From Alphaproteobacteria bacterium (lineage in GTDB: Bacteria; Pseudomonadota; Alphaproteobacteria; Bin95), in the NCBI GenBank assembly GCA_965205265.1, contig CBDBGH010000003.1, forward strand, positions 4,384,001 to 4,448,000: a DNA stretch of 64,000 nucleotides, read 5' to 3'. The notes under the pieces were generated by a model. That model had not been told where the DNA came from. It saw nothing but the letters and a program-made list of their open reading frames with translations, and made no database searches. The position numbers and the translations under genes were made by a program. Of the stretch, positions 42,684 to 53,094 are shown piece by piece (positions within the stretch are counted from its first letter, which is position 1; each line of letters begins with the position of its first letter).

Positions 42684-44017
42684 GGCCGCCGCGATAGCAC
42701 GACGAAGCGCGCGCACAGAAGCCCCAGCGAGATAGCCGTCGAAAGGATCACCGCCTCGAACAGCCCGGCCACGCCCCGCTCCAGCCCGAACGCCAGCAGC
42801 AGCGAGAGCGGCACCATGCAGCCGATGAAGGCGAAGGCCTGTAGCGCCGTCGGCACCCAGGCGTCGGCGCAGCCGCGCAGCGCGTTCAACATCAGAGTCT
42901 GCCCGCCGTCGAAGAGGGGCATGAGCCCGGCCAGCACCAGCACCGGGACCGCGGCCGCAAGCACGGCGGCTTCCGACGAGTAGATGGCGGCGAGGGGCCG
43001 GGCGAGCACCGCCATGAGCGCGCCCGAGGCGGCCATGAGGACGATCGTGACCGCAAGCCCCATCCAGCCGGCGGCGATCCAGCGCCGCCGGTCGCCGCGC
43101 CCGTACGCATTGCCGATGCGAACGCTGGTGGCGATGCCGACGCCGTTCGCCACCATGAAGATGACCGAGATGACATTCAGCACGATGGTGAAGACCGCAA
43201 GCGGGACCGTGCCGAGCCAGCCGGCGAACAGGTGGATGGCAGTGAAGGCGCCCATCTCGACGGCGATGGCGACGGCCGCGGCGTAGCCCACCATCCGCTG
43301 CACCCGCCAGCGCCGCCAGCGCCAGTCGGCGCGGGCGCGGACGCCCAGCCGCGTCCGGTCCGGCATCCACCAGGCCCAGGCGAGCAGGAACGACGCGAGC
43401 CCCCAGCGTATGCCGGTGGTGGCCCAGGCGGAGCCCTCCGCGCCCAGCTCCGGCAGGCCGAACAGGCCGTGGACCAGCAGCAGGTCGGCCGGGATGTTGA
43501 CCAGATTGGCGGCGACGATGGCCCAGGCGGCCGGGCGCGGGCGCCGCACGCCTTCGAGGAAGAAGGCGGTGGCGAAATAGAGGAAGGCGGCCGGATAGCC
43601 GAGCGCCAGGATGAAGAAGACCCGTCCGGCGCCCGCCGCCACATCCCCGCTCTGCCCGGTGAGCAGCAGCACCTCGCGCCCGAACATCCCGAGCAACAGG
43701 CCGACAATGCCGAAGGCGAGCGCGACCGGCACGGCGCGCCGCCAGGCCGCGCCGCTCTCGGCCTCCTCGCCGCGCCCCATGGCCTGCGCCGCCGCGACTG
43801 TGGTGCCGGTGAGCAGCCCCATCGCGGTCAGCAGCAGCGGCAGATAGACCGCGACGCCGAGCGAGAGATATCCCAGTTCCGCCGAGGAGTAGCGGCCGAC
43901 GATGATCGTGTCGGCCACTGTCATCGCCAGCACGCCGGCGCGGCTCACCACCACCGGCAGGGCGAGCCGGTAGAGGTCGGCCAGATGGCCGAGGACGAGG
44001 CGGCGGCGAAGGCGCAT
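42680..44017 (-). CDS. MATE family efflux transporter
   Basis: LALPVV, DTIIVG, LPELGAEGSAWAT and SVRIGNAYG motifs. Confidence 0.9.
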   Translation of the reverse strand: MRLRRRLVLGHLADLYRLALPVVVSRAGVLAMTVADTIIVGRYSSAELGYLSLGVAVYLPLLLTAMGLLTGTTVAAAQAMGRGEEAESGAAWRRAVPVALAFGIVGLLLGMFGREVLLLTGQSGDVAAGAGRVFFILALGYPAAFLYFATAFFLEGVRRPRPAAWAIVAANLVNIPADLLLVHGLFGLPELGAEGSAWATTGIRWGLASFLLAWAWWMPDRTRLGVRARADWRWRRWRVQRMVGYAAAVAIAVEMGAFTAIHLFAGWLGTVPLAVFTIVLNVISVIFMVANGVGIATSVRIGNAYGRGDRRRWIAAGWMGLAVTIVLMAASGALMAVLARPLAAIYSSEAAVLAAAVPVLVLAGLMPLFDGGQTLMLNALRGCADAWVPTALQAFAFIGCMVPLSLLLAFGLERGVAGLFEAVILSTAISLGLLCARFVVLSRRP

Positions 44018-44072
44018 GGGCGGCAATCGGCCTTTCTGTTAGCGTCGCGGGCAGCGGCGGGAGGCGGGGCCC

Positions 44073-45545
44073 ATGCGGATTGCGGTCGGTGGATTTCACC
44101 ACGAGACGAATACTTTTGCGCCGACAAAGGCAAGCTTCGAGATGTTCCGCCGCGCCGACGGCTGGCCGGGGCTCTGCCGGGGCGAGGCCGTTCTTGCCGA
44201 TACCGCCGGCATAAACCTGCCGATAGCGGGCTTTCTGGAGGCGGCGCGCGCCTCCGGCCGCGACTTCGCGCCGCTGGCCTGGGCGAATGCCAGCCCCTCG
44301 GCCGAGGTCGAGGAAGAAGCCTTTGAGCGCATCGCCGGCATGATCGTGGACGGCCTGCGGGGCGCGGGGCCGGTGGACGCGGTCTATCTGGACCTGCACG
44401 GCGCGATGGTGGCCGAGCATCTGGAGGACGGCGAGGGCGAGCTGCTGCGCCGCGTGCGCGATGTCATCGGCCCGGATGTGCCCGTCGTGGCGAGCCTCGA
44501 CCTGCATGCCAATGTCTCGCCGCTCATGGCGGAGAAGGCGGACGCGCTGGTCGTCTTCCGCACCTATCCGCATGTGGACATGGCGGATACGGGCGCACGC
44601 ACGGCCCGCCTGCTGGAGCGCATCCTCGCCGAGGGGCGGCCGGCCAAGGCGTTCCGGCAGGTCCCCTTCCTCATCCCGCTGACGGCGCAATGCACGCTGG
44701 TGGAGCCGGCGGCGGGCCTCTATGCGGGTCTGGATGGACGGGAGCGGGGCGCCGTCTGCTCCGTCTCGCTCGCAGGCGGCTTCCCGCTCGCCGACACGCC
44801 GGATTGCGGTCCGGCCGCGCTCGCCTATGCCGGCGACGGGCGGAGTGCTGCGGAAGCGGCCGACGCGCTGGCGGACGCGGTGCTGGCGGTGCGCGGGCGC
44901 TTCGCCGCCGATTTCCTTTCGCCCGAGGAGGTGGTGGCGCGCGCCGACCGGGTAGGGCGCGCTGGCCGGCCGGCCGTCATTGCGGACAGTTGCGACAATC
45001 CGGGCGGCGGCGGCGACGGCGACACGACGGGCCTCCTGCGGGCGCTGGCAGCCGCGCGGCCGGAGGGCGCGGTGCTGGGCCTCCTGATCGACGCCGAAGC
45101 CGCCGCCGCCGCGCATGAGGCGGGCGAAGGCGGGCGCCTCTCGCTCGCGCTCGGCGGGCGCTCCGGCATTCCGGGCGACGCGCCCTTCGAGACCGACGCT
45201 GTCGTGCGCCGGCTCGGCGACGGGTCGTTCACCTGCACAGGGCCGTTCTACGGCGGCAACCGGATGCAGCTCGGGCCGATGGCGCTGCTGGAGATTGCCG
45301 GCGGCGTGCGGGCGGCGGTGGCGAGCCGCAAGGTGCAGGCGGCGGACAAGGAAATGTTCCGCCATCTGGGCGTGGAGCCGGCGGACTGCCGCATTCTGGC
45401 ACTCAAGAGCTCGGTGCATTTCCGCGCCGATTTCGGGCCGATCGCAGGCGAGGTGCTGATCGCGGCCGCGCCCGGCCCGGTGGCGGCGGACCCGGGCACG
45501 CTCGCCTTCACCCGACTTCGTCCGGGCGTGGCCAGGAGGCCCTGA
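44073..45545 (+). CDS. M81 family (MlrC-like) metallopeptidase
   Basis: HETNTF, LDLHGAM, LDLHAN, TYPHVD, DNPGGG and KSSVHFRADF motifs. Confidence 0.93.
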   Translation: MRIAVGGFHHETNTFAPTKASFEMFRRADGWPGLCRGEAVLADTAGINLPIAGFLEAARASGRDFAPLAWANASPSAEVEEEAFERIAGMIVDGLRGAGPVDAVYLDLHGAMVAEHLEDGEGELLRRVRDVIGPDVPVVASLDLHANVSPLMAEKADALVVFRTYPHVDMADTGARTARLLERILAEGRPAKAFRQVPFLIPLTAQCTLVEPAAGLYAGLDGRERGAVCSVSLAGGFPLADTPDCGPAALAYAGDGRSAAEAADALADAVLAVRGRFAADFLSPEEVVARADRVGRAGRPAVIADSCDNPGGGGDGDTTGLLRALAAARPEGAVLGLLIDAEAAAAAHEAGEGGRLSLALGGRSGIPGDAPFETDAVVRRLGDGSFTCTGPFYGGNRMQLGPMALLEIAGGVRAAVASRKVQAADKEMFRHLGVEPADCRILALKSSVHFRADFGPIAGEVLIAAAPGPVAADPGTLAFTRLRPGVARRP

Positions 45546-46197
45546 AGAGGGGCAGCAGCGCAATCCCGGCCGCGAAGCCGCCGATATGCGCCCAGTAGGC
45601 GATCTGCGCTCCCTCCCCGAAGGTCGAGAGGCCGAAGAAGAACTGGACGGCGAACCAGCCCGCCACCAGCAGCCAGGCCGGCAGGCGCAGCGGCACGACG
45701 AAGAACAGCACCAGGATGCGCGCGCGGGGGCTCAGCACCAGATAGGCCCCCAATATGCCGGAGATGGCCCCGCTCGCCCCGATCAGCGGCACGGCCGAGG
45801 AGGGCTCCGTCAGCCCGTGGGCGAGTGCGGCCAGCACCCCGCAAAGCAGGAAGAAGAGGGCGAAGCGCAGATGGCCCATCGCGTCCTCGACATTGTCGCC
45901 GAAGATGTAGAGGAAGGCCATGTTGCCGAGCAGGTGGGCGAAGTCGCCATGCAGGAACTGCGTCGTCACCAGCGAGAAGGGCGCGGGCAGGATGGCGAGG
46001 TCCGGGCGCAGCTGCAGATCGCCGAGCACCCGCCCCGGCACGAAGCCGAGCGCCAGCAGCCGGCGGTATTCCACCGCCTCCGGCAGTCCCGTCTGCCAGA
46101 TGAACACGACCGCGCAAAGCAGGATCGCGCCCCAGGTGACGAAGGGCGTATCGATGCGCGTGCGCTCATTGTCGTCATGGATCGGCATGAACGGCAT
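45508..46197 (-). CDS. Rhomboid intramembrane serine protease
   Basis: FLHGD.AHLLGNM, GASG and AHIGG motifs. Confidence 0.93.
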   Translation of the reverse strand: MPFMPIHDDNERTRIDTPFVTWGAILLCAVVFIWQTGLPEAVEYRRLLALGFVPGRVLGDLQLRPDLAILPAPFSLVTTQFLHGDFAHLLGNMAFLYIFGDNVEDAMGHLRFALFFLLCGVLAALAHGLTEPSSAVPLIGASGAISGILGAYLVLSPRARILVLFFVVPLRLPAWLLVAGWFAVQFFFGLSTFGEGAQIAYWAHIGGFAAGIALLPLFRASWPRPDEVG

Positions 46198-46278
46198 GCG
46201 CGCGAGACTAGCAGCTTGCGGCGTTCCGCGTGCTACTCTCCGCCCCCGACGATGGCGGGCGGAAGGGCGCGGGATCGC

Positions 46279-48303
46279 ATGGAGAATCTCTGGTCCGACC
46301 GGGAGGCGGAGGCGGCGGTCGCTCGCTGGGGGGCGGACGGCGCGGACCCGGACCTCGCGCTCCGGGTCTATACGACGCGCCTCCTCGGCGGCGAGCCGCG
46401 CCTTGTGCTGCACGGAGGCGGCAATACCTCGCTCAAGACGCGCATGACGGACCTCGCCGGCGACGAGGTGGAGGTGCTTTGCGTCAAGGGCTCGGGCTGG
46501 GACATGGCGCGGATCGAGCCGCCCGGCCTGCCCGCGGTCCGGCTCGCACCGCTCCGGCGCCTCAGGCAGAGGGAGGCGCTCTCCGACGAGGACATGGTCG
46601 CCGCCCACCGGTCCGCCCTGCTCGACCCGGCCGCGCCCTCGCCCTCGGTCGAGACCCTGCTGCACGCCTTCCTGCCGCACCGCTATATCGACCACACCCA
46701 TGCCAATGCCGTGCTGGCGCTGACCGACCAGCCGGACGGGGCGGCGCTCTGCCGCGAGGTCTTCGGCGACAAAGTCGCGCTCGTGCCCTACATCATGCCG
46801 GGCTTCGCGCTTGCGCGGAAAGCCGCCGAGGTCTTCGAGGCGCAGCCGGACTGCGAGGGCCTGATCCTGCTGAACCACGGCGTCTTCACCTTCGGGGAGA
46901 CCGCGCGGGAAGCCTATGACCGCATGATTCGAGTCGCGAGCCTGGCGGAAGCGCGCCTGGCGGCGGCCCCGGCGAAGGTGTTCGCGAGCGCCCGGCTGCC
47001 GGACCGGCCCGCCGCGCCGGAGGAGATCGCGCCCGTGCTGCGCGGCCTGCTGGCGCGGCCCGCATCGGAGCCGGACGGCGAGCCGGGCCGCCTCCTGCTC
47101 GCCTTCCGGGGCGGGGAACGCATAAGGCGTTTCGTCGATGGGGCGGAGGTTGCGCGCTACGGGCTCGCCGGCACGGTCACGCCCGACCACTCGCTCCGGG
47201 TCAAGTCCTGGCCGGTGCTGTTGCCGCCGGCGCGGGCGGGCGCAGGGGATGAGTTCGCAAAGGACGCGGCGGCGGCCATCCGGCGCTTCGAGGCGGACTA
47301 CATGGCCTATTTCGAGCGCGGCAATGCGCGCGCCGGCGGCAGCCGCACGGCGCTCGACCCCGCCCCGCGCGTGTTGCTGGCGCCGGGCGTCGGCCTCTTC
47401 GCCGCGGGCCGGGACGCGAAATCCGCCGCCATCGCCGCCGATCTCGCCGAGGCCGCGGTCGAGGTCATCGCCGACGCCGAGCGCATCGGGCGGTTCCAAA
47501 GCATCGGCGAGGCGGACCTGTTCGACATCGAATACTGGCCGCTGGAGCAGGCGAAGCTCGGCCGCGCCGCACCCCCGCCGCTGGCAGGGCAGGTGGCGGT
47601 GGTGACGGGCGCGGCGGGCGCCATCGGGCAGGCGGTCATGGCGGCCTTCCGCGCGGAGGGGGCGGAGCCGGTCGGCCTCGACCTCGAAGCCGGCCCGGAC
47701 ATCATCGCCTGCGACGTGACCCGCCCGGAGGCGGTCGAGGCGGCTTTCGCCGAGGTCTGCCGCATGCATGGCGGCGTCGATATCCTGGTCTCGAATGCGG
47801 GCGCGGCCTGGCAGGGGCGCATCGGCGAGGTGGGCGAGGCGGAGCTGCGCCGGAGCTTCGAGCTCAACTTCTTCGCCCACCAGTCGGTCGCGCAGGCCGC
47901 GGTGCGCATCATGCGGGCGCAGGGCACAGGCGGCAGCCTGCTCTTCAATGTCTCCAAGCAGGCGGTAAACCCCGGCCCGGATTTCGGCCCCTACGGCGTA
48001 GCCAAGGCCGCGACGCTGGCCCTTATGCGCCAGTATGCCATCGACTACGGGCGCGACGGCATCGCCGCCAACGCCGTCAATGCGGACCGCATCCGCAGCG
48101 GCCTGCTGGACGACGAGTTGGTGGCGGCGCGGGCGAAGGCGCGGGGCGTGAGCGAAGCCGAGTACATGCGCGGCAACCTGCTCGGCCGCGAGGTGCTGGC
48201 GGCGGACGTGGCGCGCGCCTTCGCCGACCTCGCCCGCGCGCGCAAGACCACCGGCGCAGTACTCACCGTCGATGGCGGCAACATCGCCGCCGCCATGCGC
48301 TAG
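46279..48303 (+). CDS. Bifunctional class II aldolase / short-chain dehydrogenase (RhaD-like fusion)
   Basis: GGGNTSLK, PSVETLLH, DHTHA and TPDH; C-terminal SDR with TGAAGAIG and YGVAK. Confidence 0.9.
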   Translation: MENLWSDREAEAAVARWGADGADPDLALRVYTTRLLGGEPRLVLHGGGNTSLKTRMTDLAGDEVEVLCVKGSGWDMARIEPPGLPAVRLAPLRRLRQREALSDEDMVAAHRSALLDPAAPSPSVETLLHAFLPHRYIDHTHANAVLALTDQPDGAALCREVFGDKVALVPYIMPGFALARKAAEVFEAQPDCEGLILLNHGVFTFGETAREAYDRMIRVASLAEARLAAAPAKVFASARLPDRPAAPEEIAPVLRGLLARPASEPDGEPGRLLLAFRGGERIRRFVDGAEVARYGLAGTVTPDHSLRVKSWPVLLPPARAGAGDEFAKDAAAAIRRFEADYMAYFERGNARAGGSRTALDPAPRVLLAPGVGLFAAGRDAKSAAIAADLAEAAVEVIADAERIGRFQSIGEADLFDIEYWPLEQAKLGRAAPPPLAGQVAVVTGAAGAIGQAVMAAFRAEGAEPVGLDLEAGPDIIACDVTRPEAVEAAFAEVCRMHGGVDILVSNAGAAWQGRIGEVGEAELRRSFELNFFAHQSVAQAAVRIMRAQGTGGSLLFNVSKQAVNPGPDFGPYGVAKAATLALMRQYAIDYGRDGIAANAVNADRIRSGLLDDELVAARAKARGVSEAEYMRGNLLGREVLAADVARAFADLARARKTTGAVLTVDGGNIAAAMR

Positions 48304-48424
48304 GCCGCTCTTCCATCTTCACCCCCTCCCCCTCCCGGCGGGGAGCCTGCCCCGGACCGCGCCTGTTCCCGCCTCCGCGCGGGGAATCCGGGGGTCGGGA
48401 GGGGGGCCTTCCGGCGCAGCGGCC

Positions 48425-50632
48425 CTACCCGCCTTTGCCGTACGGATTCGCCGCAGGCCCGCCGCCCGCCTCGTCTTCGCCGCCAGCAGGCGGAACCGGC
48501 GCATAGTGGGCCGGAACCGCGCCGCCCGCCGCGAGGCGCCGGCGGGCCTCCGCCGGCGTCTCGACCAGCGCCGCGGCCGCCAGCGCCGCCTTGCGGTCCA
48601 CCGGGTCGGGCGCGTGGCGGTCCGGCGGCGGCATCGCATCGGCGTGGTAATAGGCGATCTTCTGGCGCGCCGCATCGACCCGCTTGGCCGGATCGATCTC
48701 GCGCTCATTGGCGCCCTTCGCGGCGACCGTGACGCCGTCCACGATCTCGTGGTCGAACCACCATTTCTTCACGAGATTGCGCCGGCCGTTGCCGAGCCGG
48801 TCGTCGAGCCAGGTGGCGACCGGCACGAGCGCCGGCTTCAGGAACATCGCATTGACGCCGAGCCAGCTCGCCATGCGCGGCAGGAGGCCGCCGTCCATGT
48901 CCACCACCTTGTTGAGCGGACAGGTCTTCATGCAGCGCCCGCAGGCCGAGCCGCGCATGTTGGTGAGCCGGTAGCGGGTGCAGCGCTCCACGTCCGGCTT
49001 CCACATCTCGTAGCCGTTGAACATCACCTTGTCCCCGTGCGGAATGGCGTCGCAGGGGCATTCCCGGTCGCATTTGTGGCAATGGTCGCAGAAATACTGG
49101 AGGCCGAAATCTATCGGCTGGTCCACCTCCATCGGCATGTCGGTGGTGAGCACCACGGACTTGAAGCGCGGGCCGACAAAGGGATTGAGCACCAGCTCGC
49201 CGATGCGGCTGAGCTCGCCCAGCCCCGCCCAGAGCAGCAGCGGGATGTGCAACACGTCGCTGTCCGCATTGGTCTGGGCGCGGGAGGGGAAGCCCAGGCC
49301 GCGCAGCGTCTCGCCCATGATGCCGGCGATCTCCGCGCCGCGCAGATAGCCGCGCATGGACTGCGCGCCGGAAATCCAGTCGTCGCCGCTCGCCCCCTCC
49401 ATGGTGTCGTAGCCCTGGTCGATCAGCATGACGACGGCATAGCGGTGGTACATCTCTATCGGGCTGCCGTCCTCCCGGTGCGAGAACCAGGCGTAGCGTG
49501 GAATCTCGCAAATGCCCGTGAGGTCGGAGCCCAGGAAATAGGAGAGCGCCTTGACCGCGCGGGCATTCGCCGCCGGGTCGCCATAGCGATCCCTGTCCCC
49601 CTCCGGAGCTGCTTCGCCGTCCTGGTGGGGCACCATGGCGCGGATAAGCTGGAGCTGGGAGAAGGAGAGCGGATGCTTGAAGGCGAAGCGGGCGCGCTCG
49701 CGCCGGGACTTCTCGCCGAGGTCGCCCTTGGCCGCGCGGGTGAAGAAGGCGGCGCGCTGCGGCACGCGCGGCACCTCCTCGTCGATGATGAGGGTGGTCG
49801 GCCGGTCCACGCGGCGGACCTGCTCCATCGGGTAGCGGCTCCAGTGCGACTTGCGCCTTGCGCGCCGCGCGCGCTCGCGGCCGGAGACCGCGCCGGCGAT
49901 GCCCTTGCGGTAAGCCCGGCCCTGCGCTCGCGCGGCGCCCGGGGCCAGCGGGCTGTCGCACTCCAGTTCGTAGTTGGTCGAGATTACGGCGAGCGCGAAC
50001 CCGCCCTCGATATAGGGGTTGCGCAGCCCGCCGCCTTGCCTGCGCAGGCAGAGCCCGGCCAGCACGGCGAGCCGTTCCAGATCGAGGCTCTCGCCGCCGG
50101 CATGGTGGATGCGGGCCTCGAAGCCCATCTGGCGGATATGGCCGGCGGTGCAGCCGGCGATCTCGAGCACGCGCATCTCGGCCGTGGCGGCAACGGCCTC
50201 CTCCACCCAGGCGCGGGCGAGATTGCCCCGATCCGGCAGGGCGGGACAGGCGACCAGGATGACGACCGCGTGGCTGTGGCCTTCCAGCGCCGGGCAGCCT
50301 TCCAGCCAGGCGTTCTCCGGGATCCGGCAGATGCCGACCTGGTCGGCGTCCATGAAATAGGAGCAGCCCTTGATGTCCTCGGCGCGCCGGTCGAGCCGGG
50401 CCGGCACGGGCGCCGTCTCCGCCGCCGGCCCGCCTTCCGCGAAGCCGGCGAACAGCTCGCGGTAATGCAGCACGGCCGGCCCGAGCGCCCCGCCGGCCTC
50501 CGCAGCTTCCGTGGGCCCGGCCGGGGGCTGCGCCGCCTCCGCCGCGGTCACGGTCCCGTCGCGCGGCAACACCTCCATCGGATAGGTGCCGAGATGGAAC
50601 GGCCGGTTCTTCGATGCGTGGTGGAACAGCAT
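48425..50632 (-). CDS. rdhA: Catabolic cobalamin-dependent reductive dehalogenase (NpRdhA/BhbA type)
   Basis: AGLGELSRIG, FCDHCHKCDRECP and C...SACGRCMKTCP; duplicated N-terminal domain; no Tat signal. Confidence 0.92.
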   Translation of the reverse strand: MLFHHASKNRPFHLGTYPMEVLPRDGTVTAAEAAQPPAGPTEAAEAGGALGPAVLHYRELFAGFAEGGPAAETAPVPARLDRRAEDIKGCSYFMDADQVGICRIPENAWLEGCPALEGHSHAVVILVACPALPDRGNLARAWVEEAVAATAEMRVLEIAGCTAGHIRQMGFEARIHHAGGESLDLERLAVLAGLCLRRQGGGLRNPYIEGGFALAVISTNYELECDSPLAPGAARAQGRAYRKGIAGAVSGRERARRARRKSHWSRYPMEQVRRVDRPTTLIIDEEVPRVPQRAAFFTRAAKGDLGEKSRRERARFAFKHPLSFSQLQLIRAMVPHQDGEAAPEGDRDRYGDPAANARAVKALSYFLGSDLTGICEIPRYAWFSHREDGSPIEMYHRYAVVMLIDQGYDTMEGASGDDWISGAQSMRGYLRGAEIAGIMGETLRGLGFPSRAQTNADSDVLHIPLLLWAGLGELSRIGELVLNPFVGPRFKSVVLTTDMPMEVDQPIDFGLQYFCDHCHKCDRECPCDAIPHGDKVMFNGYEMWKPDVERCTRYRLTNMRGSACGRCMKTCPLNKVVDMDGGLLPRMASWLGVNAMFLKPALVPVATWLDDRLGNGRRNLVKKWWFDHEIVDGVTVAAKGANEREIDPAKRVDAARQKIAYYHADAMPPPDRHAPDPVDRKAALAAAALVETPAEARRRLAAGGAVPAHYAPVPPAGGEDEAGGGPAANPYGKGG

Positions 50633-50689
50633 GGCCCCGCCGCCTTGTCCGCGCTCAGCAGGGACTCCAGCCCGCCGCCCGCCCCGCTG

Positions 50690-51856
50690 TCAACCGGCCC
50701 CGAGCGTCTCGACGGCGTGGCGGCCGATGATGTTGCGCTGAATCTGGTTGGTGCCTTCGACGATCTGGAGCACCTTGGCGTCGCGGAAGAAGCGCTCGAC
50801 GGGATTGTCGGCCGAAATGCCGGCTGAGCCCCAGAGCTGCACCGCGTCGGTCGCGACCGACATGGCGGCGTCGGTCGCCAGGCATTTCGCCATCGCCGCC
50901 CAGGGCGCAAGCGCGCGGCCCGAAACGCCCGTATCCGCAAGCGCGGCGGCCTTGTAAACCATCTGCCGGGCGGCCTCGGTGCGCATGGTCATGTCGGCCA
51001 GCATCCAGCGCACGCCCTGGAAGTCCGCGACCGGCTGCCCGAACGCCTCGCGCCCGCGCACGAACGCCGCCGCCAGGTCGAGCGCGCCCTGCGCCAGCCC
51101 CACGCCGCGCGCGCCGATCATCGGGCGCGAACGGTTGAACGCCTCCATCACCGTCAGCCACCCCTCGCCCTCCGGCCCGATGCGGTTCTCCTCCGGCACG
51201 AAGGCGCCGTCGAAGAAGAGCGGGCAGGAGGGGATGCCGCGCGAGCCGAGCTTGCGCTCCAGAGCGCCGATGGTGAGGCCGGGCGTTCCCTTCTCGACCG
51301 CGAACACGGAAATGCCGCGGTGGCGCGCGCCCGGATCGGTCTTTGCCGCGACGACGATGAAATCGGCTTCCGGGCTGTTGGTGCACCAGGCCTTGGCCCC
51401 GTCGAGGCGGTAGCCGCCCGGCTCGCGGACCGCGCGCGTGCGGATGCCGGCGGCGTCGGAGCCGGATTGCGGCTCGGTGACGGAGATCGCGGCCTTCAGA
51501 TCGCCACTAGCGAGGCCCGGCAGCCAGCGCTCATGCTGCTCGGGTGAGCCGCCCGCCAGCACGGCGGCAAAGGGCGTCCACTGGACGAGCAGCAGATAGG
51601 CGGTGTTGTAGCACACGCGCCCCAGCTCCTCGATGACGAGACAGCCGGAGAGCACGCTGTCCGCGCCGCCATAGCGCTCCGGGAAGGGCAGGGCGAAAAG
51701 GCCGAGGTCCCGCAGCGCCGCGAACATGTCATGCGGATAGGCCGCCTCCCGGTCGATCTCCGCCGCGCGCGGCACCACCTTCTCGCGGGCAAACGCGCGC
51801 ACCGTGTCGCGTAGCAGAAGCTGTTCCCCGCTGAGCCCGAAATCCTCCGCGAGCAC
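50690..51856 (-). CDS. Acyl-CoA dehydrogenase
   Basis: TEPQSGSD, KLGSRG, REAFG and IVEGTNQIQR motifs. Confidence 0.93.
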   Translation of the reverse strand: MLAEDFGLSGEQLLLRDTVRAFAREKVVPRAAEIDREAAYPHDMFAALRDLGLFALPFPERYGGADSVLSGCLVIEELGRVCYNTAYLLLVQWTPFAAVLAGGSPEQHERWLPGLASGDLKAAISVTEPQSGSDAAGIRTRAVREPGGYRLDGAKAWCTNSPEADFIVVAAKTDPGARHRGISVFAVEKGTPGLTIGALERKLGSRGIPSCPLFFDGAFVPEENRIGPEGEGWLTVMEAFNRSRPMIGARGVGLAQGALDLAAAFVRGREAFGQPVADFQGVRWMLADMTMRTEAARQMVYKAAALADTGVSGRALAPWAAMAKCLATDAAMSVATDAVQLWGSAGISADNPVERFFRDAKVLQIVEGTNQIQRNIIGRHAVETLGAG

Positions 51857-51868
51857 TATGCGGCTGCC

Positions 51869-52984
51869 CTACTCCGCAGCGGCGGCGAGCGGCGGGGCGG
51901 CGCCGATCTCGACGCCGGTGTCGTGTGCCTTGAGGCGGGGCAGCACCTTCTCTGCGAAGAGGCGCTGGTTCTCGCGCGCGATGTCGTAAGGCATGCCGCC
52001 ATAGGAAAGCGCGGCCAGGAAGCCGCCGCAGCCCGCGCGCTCGACATTGGCGATCACGCCGTCCACCACCTCGTCCGGCGTGCCCCAGACCTGGAGGTCG
52101 GCGAGGAAGCGCACGAAGGTGTCGATGCCGTGCTTGCGGATGTTGCGGGCGAGCGCGCCGTAATATTCGTAGCCCGGAATGTCGGCCAGGCCCTCATTGT
52201 GGAACTCGTAGTGCTTGAGGGCCGAGCGGCAGTAGCCGACGATGTAGTTCTCATACATCTCGCGCGCCTTCTCGCGGTCCTCATGCACGGCGACGAAGCT
52301 CGCGATGATCGGCTTCGGCGCTTCCTCGCCGCCATTGTGCCGGCGGTAGAGCTCGCGGTAGTTCTCCAGCTCCTCCAGCGTCTTCTCCCAGGGCTTCTGG
52401 GCGGTGATGAGGATGCCGATGCCGAGCCGGGCCATGATCTCCGCCGACTGCGGCGAGACGGAGGCGGCGTAGGTGCGCCCCCGGAAGGACTTGAAGGGCC
52501 GGGGGCGGATATCCGTCGGCGGCTGGCGGAGATGCTTGCCGTCGCTCTCGATGGTGCCGGTCTCCAGCGCGCCCATCACCGCCTCGGCATATTCGACGAA
52601 GCGCTCGCGGCTCTCGCCCATTTCGAGGCGGAAGCCGTTGAACTCCACCCGCCCGAGGCCGCGCCCCATGCCGAAGATCGCCCGCCCGTCGGACAGGTGG
52701 TCGAGCAGCGCGATCTCCTCCGCGATCCGGACCGGCTCGTGCCAGGGCAGCACGACCACCATGGAGCCGAGGCCGACGCGCGTGGTCCGCCCGGCCATGT
52801 AGGTCAGGAACTGGGTCACGCTCGGGCACATGGTGTAGTCGGTGAAATGGTGCTCGGCCGACCAGATGCTGTCGAAGCCCATCGGCTCCGCCGCCTCGGC
52901 CAGCGCCACCTCCTGCCGCCAGACCTCGCGGTCGGTGAGTTTCCTGTCGGGATTCTGGAAAAAGCAGCTCAGGCCGACATGCAT
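51869..52984 (-). CDS. Luciferase-like (LLM) flavin-dependent monooxygenase
   Basis: GFDSIWSAEHHF, PVRIAEE..LLDHLSDGR and GTPDEV motifs. Confidence 0.92.
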   Translation of the reverse strand: MHVGLSCFFQNPDRKLTDREVWRQEVALAEAAEPMGFDSIWSAEHHFTDYTMCPSVTQFLTYMAGRTTRVGLGSMVVVLPWHEPVRIAEEIALLDHLSDGRAIFGMGRGLGRVEFNGFRLEMGESRERFVEYAEAVMGALETGTIESDGKHLRQPPTDIRPRPFKSFRGRTYAASVSPQSAEIMARLGIGILITAQKPWEKTLEELENYRELYRRHNGGEEAPKPIIASFVAVHEDREKAREMYENYIVGYCRSALKHYEFHNEGLADIPGYEYYGALARNIRKHGIDTFVRFLADLQVWGTPDEVVDGVIANVERAGCGGFLAALSYGGMPYDIARENQRLFAEKVLPRLKAHDTGVEIGAAPPLAAAAE

Positions 52985-53094
52985 GGCAAAGACGCGCTCC
53001 CCGGGTCGCTATGGGCGGTGTTCGCGAAGTCCCGAACCTGCCCCGTTCCGCGCCTTCGGGTCAAGTCGCGGGCGGGAGCCGCCAGGCTGGACCG

